Assembly: GCA_002633005.1 (NCBI GenBank)
Contig: NMRA01000363.1
Span: forward strand, 394,549 to 458,548
Origin: Phoronis australis
Lineage: Eukaryota > Animalia > Phoronida
Direction: 5' to 3'
DNA: 64,000 nucleotides
The position numbers and the translations under genes were made by a program. Shown piece by piece: positions 1-12,000 of this stretch. The first letter of the stretch is position 1. Each line of letters starts with the position of its first letter. Below the pieces are notes generated by a model that saw only the letters and a program-made list of their open reading frames with translations, was not told the DNA's origin and did not search any database.

Positions 1-558
1 CCAACCAACCTTATTTTAGCTCTAAATGACATGGAAAAAGGTTGCCTTCGCCTTTAAGACATTCAGTTTCTGGTCAGACTGTAAAATTGACGCACTGAAA
101 TATCTGCTTTCGCGGAGATGATTTTTATGTTCGTGTTATTGACGTTTTACAGGCAGAAGAGTATGTTTTCCCTTTGACTGAAACGGTCTGCGCGTTTCAA
201 ATCTGTTTCTGGCACAAATAAACATGGATGCGTTCCGTAGACGCCAGAATCTCGCGAACAAAGAAGATCACGCACGACAACGCAAAATCACGACAGTGAA
301 AAGCGAGTATTTCACAAGTAGGCTTCCTACCTTACCAGCTCCCCATAACAAAATGGCGGCAACTGAAGTGATTGGTTCGTGAAGCCGAGATGTTGAACTG
401 TGATATCGAATTCACAGCAAGATTTCTCGCCGCAGTTGCCATACCAGTGTCTTGCGTTTGCGGAACGCATTCCACATTTGTCAGTTCTAATGATTTCAAT
501 ACACGTCTAGCAATTGCTCATCACAAGTGTTTTTCGAAGCATCAAAAATACAAGCCAT

Positions 559-865
559 CTATTGTGTCTGCAGTGTCGAATCTTTCGTGTTGCCTTCGTC
601 ATTAATGGTCTCCACCTCTGTTCCGTCTTCCGACTCGCTGCTGCTCTCTTCTGATCCCTCGTCTTGTTCTTTGTCTTTTCTTTCAATTTCTTTTTTCTCA
701 CCTGTTTCCTCCACTTTTTCCACAGCTTCTATTTTTGCTATCTGTTCTACATTTTCTAATTGTTTGGGTTTTATTTCTGGTACTCGGTGTGTCAAGTATG
801 TCTTTTCAGTGACTGCAAGTCGTTTCCTAAGTCGGCGTTGTAGCAGGATGTCACACCCATACAAC
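559..865 (-). CDS. Last coding exon: basic stop-transfer stretch + Glu/Lys/Ser-rich cytoplasmic tail
   Basis: ttgcAG|G completes Arg in phase with the TM exon (IR|LYGCDILLQRRLRKR...); acidic tail; TAG at 559-561. Confidence 0.8.
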
Positions 866-1934
866 CTGCAAGGATGTATCGCTTGAGCAATAAGCCAGCT
901 TGGAGGAGCCTAAGCACCCGGTGTCGTGCAATTCCAAAATATATTTCTAACCAATCATCACCTGATTGTCATACATGCAAAGTTTAACCTGTCCTCATGC
1001 AATTTCATTTTGAAAATCTTGTGAATACATGCTCTAACTCAAAGTCTCTCGATTCATTGTGTGATAACAGGTTATGCATTAAAATGAATTTTATCATGCA
1101 GAATTTGAAGTTATCATTTGATGACTGAAATGATTTCTAAATGTGTGGGAAAACGCTAACCAGTTGTTTTTGCTTGGTTACAAACTTGACTGAAAACAAG
1201 ATTAGCGAGTCAAGCTCACAAGTCGAAAATAAATGGTTCAGTAAATTGGAGTGCCACGTTTTCATTTCACCAGTGGGGAGGAGAAAACCTTAGTTTTCAG
1301 ACAAAATGCAGACGTTGATACTGCGTTTTATTATTTTCGCCATCAAAACATTCTCGTGCACAATTGAAATTAAGAAATATCCGGTCAGGTTAGTTGGGAC
1401 TTTGAAAGCTGTTCTTGAATGTGGTGCCTAACCACAGTTCAAAGTAACATAGCATAAAGTAAACGTTTGACACATTGTTCTCGAAGTTACAAGCATTCTC
1501 TGGATATCAAAGCTTCAGATTTTTGTGCTGTTTTTGTAATTCATGGGTGTCTATTTCAATATCCTTGTTGATGGATTTCAATGAGCTGCTTCAACACTGT
1601 AACGCGCCACCAGGACAGCGCTACGTAATGTAATACGTTGGCCTTGCACTTGAAGCAAGAAATCTTGGCCTATAGACAAGAAATGGAACAGTGAATTATG
1701 TCCCATGACGTAAGAATCATATCCGGGCCATAATTCAGCATTACAACCTTAACGACTGATCACTTCAGTGGCTGCCATTTTTCTAGGTTACGACAGTAAG
1801 GTGCCGAGCCTACCTGCAAAACACTTTTCTTTCATCTGCATGATCTCGCTTTTCTCGCAAGAAACCTATTGTATGGAACACTACCCGTTTTGCACGTTGC
1901 TACATATGTGACTGGCGCTACCACCTTCACTTAC

Positions 1935-2226
1935 CTAATCGCTAGAATTGCGCCAATGATCAAGAGAGACAGCAACACGGGAATCAGATAGAGGAATTTC
2001 AAGTTGGTATGATCTTCACTCCCACTGCCAACAGTTTCCTTATACACTGACTTTTGCATCAGGTTGCCGATACCTGCGGAAGTCAATTGGGAAAATGGAA
2101 AGTCGTAAGCTGTTTTCATGTTTAATGGTCTCGTTAAACTCTCAATACTTCCAGAAATTTGATATTGACATGTAACTCTAAAGTTATATTGTGCCTGGAA
2201 AACGCTATAAGGAGCCTTGAACGTCA
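1935..2226 (-). CDS. Juxtamembrane stalk + transmembrane helix exon
   Basis: Ends FLYLIPVLLSLLIIGAILAI then AG|GTAAGT (phase 2). Acceptor gcAG at 2227-2228 gives the needed phase 1, but its pyrimidine tract is weak, so the 5' boundary is less sure. Confidence 0.75.
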
Positions 2227-3267
2227 CTGCATCGATGGTCTTTTCCGGTCGAAGATGCAGATCGCGCAGGACAAATTAGCAGGAAACGAATGTAATCTCT
2301 CGACGTATTTGACTAACCATTTATGCCTCTGTTGCTTAGAGGAACGTAGGTATTTGTTTACAATTTAAATGTTTTTGTTGAAAAGTAGCCAAGAAAACAT
2401 GAACATTCATCCACCATTCTGCCTGATAGTTTCAGCTGCCAGAATAAGGATTTGCACAGGAAGTGCTATGCTACTTTGACATGGCGGCGACGCTCTGTCA
2501 CCAAATTGCTCACCAACTAAAATTGAATCGCTGAGATGTAAGCTTTAGTAACCTCCTGACTGGAGAATAAAACCATTAACTTAGTTTGTAAAATATCTGT
2601 GAATTGCTCGAAGAATACGAGAAACTCCTTTTTACTTTGTTCTCCTCAATACTATGCTAATGCAATGTTGTGTTGACCAATATATTGAACCTGGGTTCAA
2701 CGTAGATTTCCCCAGCATCCCGAGCTTGGCGAGTGTCAATTATGCAGATTTTTTTTGCAACGCGCCACAAAGCAAATCTTGAAAAGAGACAAGTGAACTC
2801 TTTCGTATTTTCTTTTGTTATACTGTGATTGGAATTGAGCTTCCAGGTCTTACGTTTGGCTTAAAACTCGCTTCATTTTTAAGGTTGTCTCACGGCCACA
2901 TTTCTCCCGCGTAAGCATCGAGCAACATATCTTAAATCATTTGTTGATTTGATGTTATGTATTTAAAAGAGGGACTACCAACATGAAAAGAACACAGCAC
3001 AGTAAAAAAACAAAATAAACGCTAATTTATTCTGCCTGTTTTGTGCACGTACTGCTGTACACAGCGCCACCATCCGCGTCCCCATGCCTCACGATGGCGC
3101 TAATCAATTTAGCCATTTGGGATTGGTGAGAAGATATGTGACTATGAAACTGTTAAATTTGCCGTCTCGTCGAGGTTTCGAGCTAATAAAATTGCAATTT
3201 TGCGTTCACACTTATTTGTCTACGGCCACATTAGAAACGGCAGGTGTAGGACATTTGAATCACAAAC

Positions 3268-3441
3268 CATCACAAGTGGGCAATACTCCTGTCCAGCTGG
3301 CGTTTTCATCACAGGACAGTCGCCGTTGGCCATTTAACATGTAGCCAAAAGTACAGTAGAAGTCCACGTGCGAGCCGTAGGTGAAGGTGTCACCGTAACG
3401 TACTCCCGAGCTCGGTATCCCTGGATCCGGACAAGAAACGA
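3268..3441 (-). CDS. Sushi/CCP exon 4 (canonical)
   Basis: 174 nt, ttttcAG|...G|GTTTGT; VSCPDPGIPSSGVRYGDTFTYGSHVDFYCTFGYMLNGQRRLSCDENASWTGVLPTCD. Not in the ORF track. Confidence 0.92.
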
Positions 3442-4046
3442 CTGAAAAACAAATTGAAGAGTGACACCTTTCTTATACAATCGTGTTGCAGTGTATGTCC
3501 TTCTACTTTGCCCCGTGTAAGGGGGTACTTGACACGGAAATACGGACCAGTTTAGCCTTCGATTCTACTATCCAACAAAATCGGGAGTTTCCGTACCCAG
3601 TTGCATGAAACACTCGCACACAGGCACTCTGAAATGTTATAGCACATTTGACTTTGTGAAAACATTTATTGTCCTTTCCTTAGCCGTTTTGTTTTCATTA
3701 CTAAAACAATCTGTGGCTTTGATACACACTGAGAGTGAACTCTTGTTGAATTCTCAATGTTATTTCTGGAAAATCAATTGGGGGGTTTTGATACAACGCA
3801 ATTAATTAAGTGACTAGGCCTAAGGCCGCATTTATTTTCATTGAAATTAAGGACCATTATTAGACATGGCATTGAATCGAAGAGGAGCTAGTAATATAGA
3901 CAAAATGAAAAAAGTTGATACTAAACAAAAAGATGCTTACTCACAGAAGATTTAGGGATCTCAGTTAAGTCACCATTTGGAACTGTTGCATGAAACTGGG
4001 CTACAAAAGGTACAACCGTGACGCGTTATGGTGGTTCACTACTCAC

Positions 4047-4238
4047 GTTGACAAACGGGCAGTTGCTCTATGATCCAGGTGCCGTTTTTGCCGCACGTGA
4101 TTGTGAACGGACTTCCACTTAGGTTGTATCCCTTCATACATGACACTTGTCGAACTGCACCAATGTACGAGTGACCAGGTAAAACCTTAAGTTTGGTAAT
4201 GGAAGGTAATATCACATCTGTCGGCATGCATCCGTACA
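4047..4238 (-). CDS. Sushi/CCP exon 3
   Basis: 192 nt, ccAG|...C|GTGAGT; YGCMP...VSCMKGYNLSG...ITCGKNGTW...LPVCQ. Confidence 0.88.
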
Positions 4239-5988
4239 CTGGAAGTACAGCGTAACTAAAATTGTTATATCAGTTTATAATTTAATGTTAGAAATAAGTT
4301 TTCAAACGTTGAATCCATACGCGGTGGACGTTGTCCACCCTCCGGCCCTGTGAAAGCATGGAGACCGCCACACAGAAATCCGTATGTGTTCATCAGTGCG
4401 CCTTCTGTGACATGTGCCGTCGCTCAGGTCACATATTTTCGTCCCTTAAGAGAGGCGACATATAGGCTATCGAGTGTGGCAACATATGCCTTGAATCCGG
4501 ACGCCAATATGTGTCGAGGTTGAAATTCGTGAATGTGTCGACGTTCGTTGCATATGCAATTCAGTCTTGCACCGCGGGACATAGTGTCTCCTTCAGGGGG
4601 CGACAAATTCCGTGGAGTGCGACAACATATGCAGTCCCATTGTGATAATAAATATTTTCGGTCCCTAAAATCATCTAACTTTAGAGAAATTGACTGTGTA
4701 CATGTACATATAGGCCTACGCAATGCTACGTGTATTCCTGGCTGCAGGCATCAGTGGACAAATCTTAACTTCAACTAGAGATCTCCCGATAAATGATGGG
4801 TATTTTAGCACGGTCGGAAAGAAAATCCATAGGCTCCTATTTCAAGTGGGTGGATTGCCAAAAGTTGGAGGAAGTAAACCACGTAATAAATATTCCACGT
4901 TAATGTCAACATTCCCCCAGGCGTGTTCAGTGATTAGGACTAATAATCCACCGCTTCACCATTCATCCACTCAACTCCCTACAACCTCGTTTTGATTTCT
5001 CTTGCACTTTTCTGGAGCTTCCTCTGAGACTGGCTCCGCCGCTGTGTCAAAAACCCTACCGTCGTGGTGACACATTAAGTAACTAATTTGACTGCATTCA
5101 TTATCGCAGACGATTCATGCTGTCAAATGCAACAACATGTCACAACAGCGCCTGTCTCATTTTGGATGCATGCCTTAACTATACCAGGCCCCCCGAATGA
5201 GCTGGAAAAGTATAGTGGGCAGTTTTGCTATTTTGTTTGACGCCTTGTCATCTTGAATATATTACAAAACAGACGTTTATGTGTAATATATCAAACAAGA
5301 CTGTTTTAGTCACCGCACCAGTCGCAAGCAATAAATTAAAAATACATACGTGTAAAAAACTTGCGTTTGATTTCAGCTCCAAACAGCGTTTTCTAAATCG
5401 AGGCTAAATCCAGATATCAGTCTATTCCATTGTTACACACGTGTGTGCTCTATCGCGGTTAAAAGAGTTACTAAAACCACTCACTTTCCGGTGCCAGAGA
5501 CTCAAAGACCCAACGTCTCCGTTTGGTTACTTTTTGTGTTTCTTCTGGTAAAAATGGTCCCAACTAAACGTTTCACAGTTCAAAACATTAAAAGTTTTAG
5601 TACAAGATATATCTACAATTTACTGCCGTGGAGCCATCAATAAGGTGATAATTGATTCATTTTATACAACACAACATTTTATCAAATTTTCCGATAAACA
5701 GGCCTTTTGAGGACAACGGGACTTGTACAAACTTATTGGCAAAGTAGAAACTGGGTTTCAATTGTTTTTCAACAGATTGGGGAATACAGTGTAGGTTTGA
5801 TGTACTTCTCGATGAAAATGACAGGATGTTATGTTTTCAGACAATGACAAACTTCGAATGTTACTTTCTTTTGTTCATCATTTAGAAACCATTTCCACAA
5901 TCATTTCACAGTACCACCCCCATACGCTGGGGAAGAGTGTAAACGGGTCTGAGGTACACATGTAGACTTGAACGATAATTGTACACAC

Positions 5989-6186
5989 CCTTGCAAAATG
6001 GTATCAATGACGTGTCAAACTTTTCCCAGCTACCATCCAGGTCACAAGTTACCGCAGGGTGATTTTCACATGATAGGACATATCCACTCTTGCACGAAAA
6101 CCGTAACCCGTCCACGTAGGCCACATTAACATCGTCGACTATGACCCCCTCCGGCAAAGGGAGATTAAATGTTTTGCACTGAATTT
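5989..6186 (-). CDS. Sushi/CCP exon 2 (divergent, one extra Cys)
   Basis: 198 nt, phase 1-1; IQCKTF...FSCKSGYVLSCENHPAVTCDLDGSW...IPFCK. Confidence 0.85.
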
Positions 6187-6833
6187 CTGCAACAAGAATG
6201 CAAAGCATCAGTTTAAAACTTAATAAATGTCGAAGAGCAAAAAGCACGAAAAATATAAAAATGTGTCCCGTGCACTAATTGCACTTAAACTACATTGTTG
6301 TTAACACTCTTACACCACGAGCTTAAAACCGATCAAAACAGCATGGCGTGTAAAAAAATATTCTAAAAACATCCCTTACTTTCCAGCCTGGTTTTTGAAC
6401 TTCACAAAAATCTACAACTGTCAAACATGGTTTAGGGATGTTTATAATCAATTATAAAATCAATTACATTTATTGTTTTTAATGACAGACTTGACGTCCA
6501 ATGCTTAATTCAGGTTTCCTGTTTTGTGTGATTTTCTAAACCTCAAGAATGTATACTAGGAACTATTATTTATTATGCAACTTTCACTCTGTGTGTGTTC
6601 AGTCTTTCTTTGTAACCCATCCTCTCTTCCTCTCTTAACCACAATGTATATGTATTTGGGCATGAATCATTTCTTCGAACTTAACAGATGTATGTATCGT
6701 GTAGAACTCAGTTTGATTAAATATATCGAAGCATTAAGACGCTCTCTATCAGCTCTCTGCTCAGCACATCCAGCCACCTCATCTAGTTAACCCGCTAATA
6801 CCCCACATTTTGGATCCCACAACAACTGTAAAC

Positions 6834-7153
6834 CAGTGGCGGATCTAGGATATCATAAGGGAAGCCCACTTTGTCTCTGACAACTGCACAAAGCACGAAG
6901 GAATGCTCAACCAGCCTGAAAGATAGGGTGCTCGAATTTACTAAAAACCAATCGGGGACTAAGAAAGAAAAAAAGGAAAACGATTGCCCACGTCGGCTGA
7001 GTCGGGCACCTATAAGAATGTCTGAGCCCCCTCACCCTCGGCCGCATGTTAATTACCGGGGTTAATTAGTAAACTCAATATTTCCTCACGCTCTTGCTCT
7101 TTATTTTTTATTGCAGCCAAGGGGGACGGTGGGCCCCCCTAAATCCGCCTATG
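6834..7153. mobile_element. MITE with CAKRGGCGGAT-type TIRs (hAT-like)
   Basis: CAGTGGCGGATCTAGG...CCTAAATCCGCCTATG termini, with GTAAAC on both sides. Confidence 0.7.
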
Positions 7154-7212
7154 GTAAACTACGAATAGGAAACATGTATACTAGCCGACAATCAACAAAA
7201 TGAGTCAATTAC

Positions 7213-7413
7213 TTGTGCACTCAGGGAACAAACTGTAATTCACAGATCTCCATGTACCGCCCGTGTCACATGTTATGTGCGGCATTCTCCACCCAGGTTG
7301 GGTCCTGTAACCCTCCTTGCACGTTACACTCAAACCTCTTAAGTACGTTACCTCTCGGCTGATCAATAAAACATTTTGGGCTAAAGGTCCGTCGAATGGC
7401 TGACAACTGATCT
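7213..7413 (-). CDS. Sushi/CCP exon 1 (divergent)
   Basis: 201 nt, phase 1-1; EISCQPF...VTCKEGY...ITCDTGGTW...FPECT: four Cys plus the GxW motif. Confidence 0.85.
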
Positions 7414-8409
7414 CTGGAAACGAAAACAAAAGCAAAGTAAAACGTTGCATTACAACCACGACTGTAACGCTAGCTGCGTGCTTTTAAGGGTGCATTAAAG
7501 TAAGACTAATGTGGCGTGTATGATACCAAAATCCAAACATGAGCTGGTGTTGGGGGTATCTCAGTTCCCAGGCGTACACCTCTCTCTCTCATGATTCACA
7601 AAAGCATGTTATTCAATTTTGACAATAATCAACAGACAAGTAAAAGAAAAATGTGTAACAGGAGGTGCTAAATTATTTGAATTCGTCCGATAGCCGCAAA
7701 TACCCATCAAACATGTTGGTCTTTGTGTCAATTTTGGTCAGTTATTAACAATAATTCACGGACAAAGAAAATCCTGCCGAAGTCTCTTCTGCAGTCAAAT
7801 TTGTTCCCAAACTGTCTGATGAAGGCGCAAACCCGTTGTACATCTCTGTGTGTCCAAATTGACAAGCGGAATAAACGGACAGGCAATGTTTTTTGAAAAC
7901 ATAAACAACAGGGGCACCACGGTAATCCAATCCGTCCGAAAATCAATTGGTACTCCAAAACTAAAGCGGAATGTGCTGACATAGTGAAATTGATTGGTGC
8001 TGGCGCATACCCACCACATACATGTACATCTCCGTCCAGCTTGGCACATTTTGTCAAGTCGGACATTCCTGTCCCTGTACTGAATTTCACGGATACCTTG
8101 GAGACGGACGCCGGAAGTACGTAACAACAGACGACCCACGGGATGCAGACTACATGCTAGCACCTTTGTGTGGGTGCATGAAATCACCGCAAAGAAACCC
8201 TGTGTCATAAACGCTTAGAGCGACCTGGAAAACCTCTGGTTCAAAATGAAAAATATACCAGGAATGAAAATATCAAGTTATGAATATGCGGTTAGGCTGC
8301 TTAAATATAGTTAGCGTTTCCTTAGACTGTTTAGTCTCTAGTGCCTATGTTTCATGATAAAATAAAACGACCAAGTCAAATTCCGCGGCTATGCAAAAAT
8401 TTACAATAC

Positions 8410-8529
8410 CAGAACAAGTGACTCCATCCCCGGTGTATCCGAAGAAGCACGTGCAACGAAACGAACCCCGAGTATTGAAGCAATGAGCTTTATGGTAACA
8501 GGAATGAGCGTTTGTGCACTCATCGATAT
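8410..8529 (-). CDS. cbEGF exon
   Basis: 120 nt, AG/GT; DIDECTNAHSCYHKAHCFNTRGSFRCTCFFGYTGDGVTCS. Confidence 0.92.
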
Positions 8530-8963
8530 CTACAAAAACAAGAAGAACGAATACAACTTTATTGAAACGTGTCAACACTTCTTGAACTTTCTTCTGTGCT
8601 GTTTAACGGAGCCCCTAGTGCGCGACCGGTTTTCCCATAGGCAAGTACTTTGGTAACTACATAATCCCGTATTCTTCGTCCAATTCGATGAAACAGATGC
8701 CATGTGAAAGTTTAAAAACGAAGAGGAGGGGGGGGNGGAGGGGGAGGGAGGCAAGACGATTAAATGCTAAAGAATGATAACATGGGCCACTGGTTGGTCA
8801 CCCACTTTCGTGGAACTCTTATAGTTTTCTTGCCAATCTTAAGACAAGTCCATGAATGTCTTAGTTGACTTCTAGGAAAACGGCGATGGGATTCACTACT
8901 ATTAGAGAATTTCAGAATTCAGAGTTTAGAGTAAACAATAATGCAACATAGCTTGGACATAAC

Positions 8964-9086
8964 CTGTACACTGTTTCCCGTCACCGGTGAACCCTCTCAG
9001 GCAAGCGCAAGAGAACGAGCCTTCATTATTGGAGCACTGACCGTTCGGATGACACAATGAAATTCCAGCTAAGCACTCGTCGATAT
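8964..9086 (-). CDS. cbEGF exon
   Basis: 123 nt, AG/GT; DIDECLAGISLCHPNGQCSNNEGSFSCACLRGFTGDGKQCT. Confidence 0.92.
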
Positions 9087-12000
9087 CTGAATTAAATATA
9101 AACGTGCGACTCACATAAACATAAAGGAGAGATAGTTTCTTTTGCAACGGTGTCGGGGAAAACAATTCTTATCGAATGCTGCATTTTCCAGTCAAGTTTA
9201 GTGACAACGCTTTTGACCCTCCCACCATCACATTACTCCTTTTTTACAGTGCAATTGAAGACTGAATCTTGAAAACTATTGCTATTAAAGTGGTTACAGA
9301 CAAGTTTTCTTCAAGAAATTGTAGCCACAAACGTGTTTCCAGTCAAAAGTAGTAACCAACAGTCAGAACTTTGAAAGTGCTGTAAAAAGAACCAGACAAT
9401 GATAGAGCTCACCTTCAGTGGGATTGTGATTTGTATTCGAGATTTAAGTGAATTTCTAGTCAAAATTTTAATCTAACAGTCTATTTTGCAAAAATGAGCC
9501 AGAATAATAATCATCTTCACTAGGGTTATGTTGTGACGAAAACGTCCTGGTCTGCTACGAGACACTGACATTTTTGGTAAATTATGTGAGTGAGACACAT
9601 ATAATTTACTCATTTGTTTATTAAGATATCACATGTACTGCCAAAGACTCAGATATATTACTACTTCAATTGAACTTCTTTGAAAGGAAGTGTTACAAAA
9701 GTTTCAAAGTGGAAAATGTATTTCCAGAAACTGTGAATACAACAAACTGATCGACTAGAGGATGGTCCATTTTGTCTCTGTTTTTTGAATAGTAGTTAGT
9801 CTTAAATTGGTACCTGGTCTCGATAGGCGCTTTCGTGAGTGCGTGTGCGTGTATGTAAGGAAATGTCAAATAGTCACGCATTGCTTCATGATTAGTCGTT
9901 TGAACACATTAGAATGGAACCAAAAAGCTGAAAATAAATTTGAAGCTACATCTTGTAAACCTTAGGCATACTTCGAGTTCCATTACATGTTCAAGATAAG
10001 GGATGCATTGAAATGTTAAAAGAGCATATAACAATTAAATCTTTTTGTGCGAATTGCCAAGGGCCCAAATACAAAGTTACAAAGAGTCAATTGGTGTTGC
10101 GCCTCGTCAACGCCAAATGTGTACAGTTCACTGTAGATTCATCAATGAGTGTAGAATAGGGTGATCCCAAACACAGCAACCAAGGAAAAAGACCTAATAT
10201 CTGGATAAGCTACGCATTAAAAACTCAGATAATTCATATTCTCTTACTCTTAAATCATATAAAAGTCCTTTACTGTACTGTATGCGCAGGTACCGTCCGT
10301 ACCCTACAAGGAGGTTGCAATTTCGTTACCGGAAGACTAGTCGCCTTACTAAATGCAACGACGAGGTAAACTGTTACATATAAAATAATTCCGTTTGCAC
10401 TAGGACGGAAGTGATTACGTCGCACCTCCAGCAACTACTCCAATGTAGCGGTGGCCTATTCTCTTGAAGTAACGAATTTGTTCAAACCGAAAAAATTGAA
10501 CAAAACTAATTTTTTTAAATCTGAAGCTCATACCACAGCTCCTTTGAACCATATAAATCAGAAAATTAAAAATGTGTGTCCTAAAACGGCGTTTTACTGG
10601 TGATACGGTCAGGTGACTGTTGCTGGCTGTATAAGTGTTGCTGATTAACGCTGGGAGCGCTGTTTTTAGCGCGTCTTTTTAGATCGTCTGACTGCATTTC
10701 AGCATTTTGCCCGCATCTTTCAGTGACACGGACTAACGAGCCGTGCTATTACCGAGATGTGCTATGCAAGTTGTACGTACGTTGTTGTTAACTTTGTAGT
10801 TTTGACAGTTGTTGTGCTTTATTTGCCAGTCTTTGGTGAGAGTGCAATACACTCCTTTGGCAATTTTCGTGACGTTGAGAGTTGTATTTTGTTATGTCAA
10901 GTAATTTAGTTGATACTGTGTTTCATATGCGTTACTGTGGGCTTACACTGTGTTGTTTCCTTTTGTAGGTGCTGAGTTCACAGTTTTGTATTACATTCGT
11001 TCGACTATTTGCAGATGTGTTCACGGACCGCAACTGGGCCGTGGGACAATTAACTCATCGCTCATCACAATCGCTCGAGTTATTATTTTGTGTTATCTCC
11101 GTAACAACGGGATTTTCTAGTTACAACATTTGATTTAATTTTATTTCCGGTTCACACGCGAACAGGCTAGAACCAAGATGGCGAAATCTCATTGACTACT
11201 GCCCCAGTTAGGTGACGTCACACTTTCCGTCCCTGTTATTTGTAAAATCTCAGCGACAACCTCGACTCTGTTCACAAGTAACACCTTGGATGTTCAAGTA
11301 AACGTTACCGATCCAACTCGCGACCACAGCACACTGCGACCAGTAGCGACCAGGTGGCATATTTAACATCTTCAGTCAAAATATTTGTAATAGAGCGGGC
11401 ACAGTCACTAAAACGATGCTTTTGAACAAGCACTAGCAAGACCCAGTGCTGCCTTGTACAATGAGGCTATTCGGAGAATTCTCCTCGCGGTGTCGCTGCT
11501 GTACTAGTGGTGATTGAAATGCGCATGCGTCGCTGTCTGCATGTAAACAGCTGGTAAAAAGACGGATTGTTATCAAAATACGTCGTCGCGCAAAGCCTTA
11601 TTATTGCTATTTTCTCTGGTGCAAGTCTTCGACAGGTGGTCACAAATTACCAAAGGACCTAAGGTTACTACATTCGTGGAGCCTTGCGGTCAAAAGGGTC
11701 AACCAACTGACAAAAGTGTGTGGATGCCGAAGCCCCATTGGGAGACTACATAACGTAACTTGGTAAGTTTTTAGCAACCAAGTTTCTATCGACATCGTTC
11801 GGTGATGCTATGCCCACCAGTTAACCCTCTGAATAACCGGTTTATTGAATGGAACTAAGTGTTACTTTTCAGAAACTCACCCAGGACTCGGATGCCGGGT
11901 AGGCTAGCAGCACATATTCACATATTGTCCTTCAGGGGTGGGAATGCGCCCAATAAAAGAGGTGTATGGTACGTGACGCTCAGAAGTCAAGGATGACTTT

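Noticed and set aside
372-886. Plus-strand ORFs 372-605 and 527-886
   Set aside because: Low-complexity antisense shadows of the last exon and 3' UTR.
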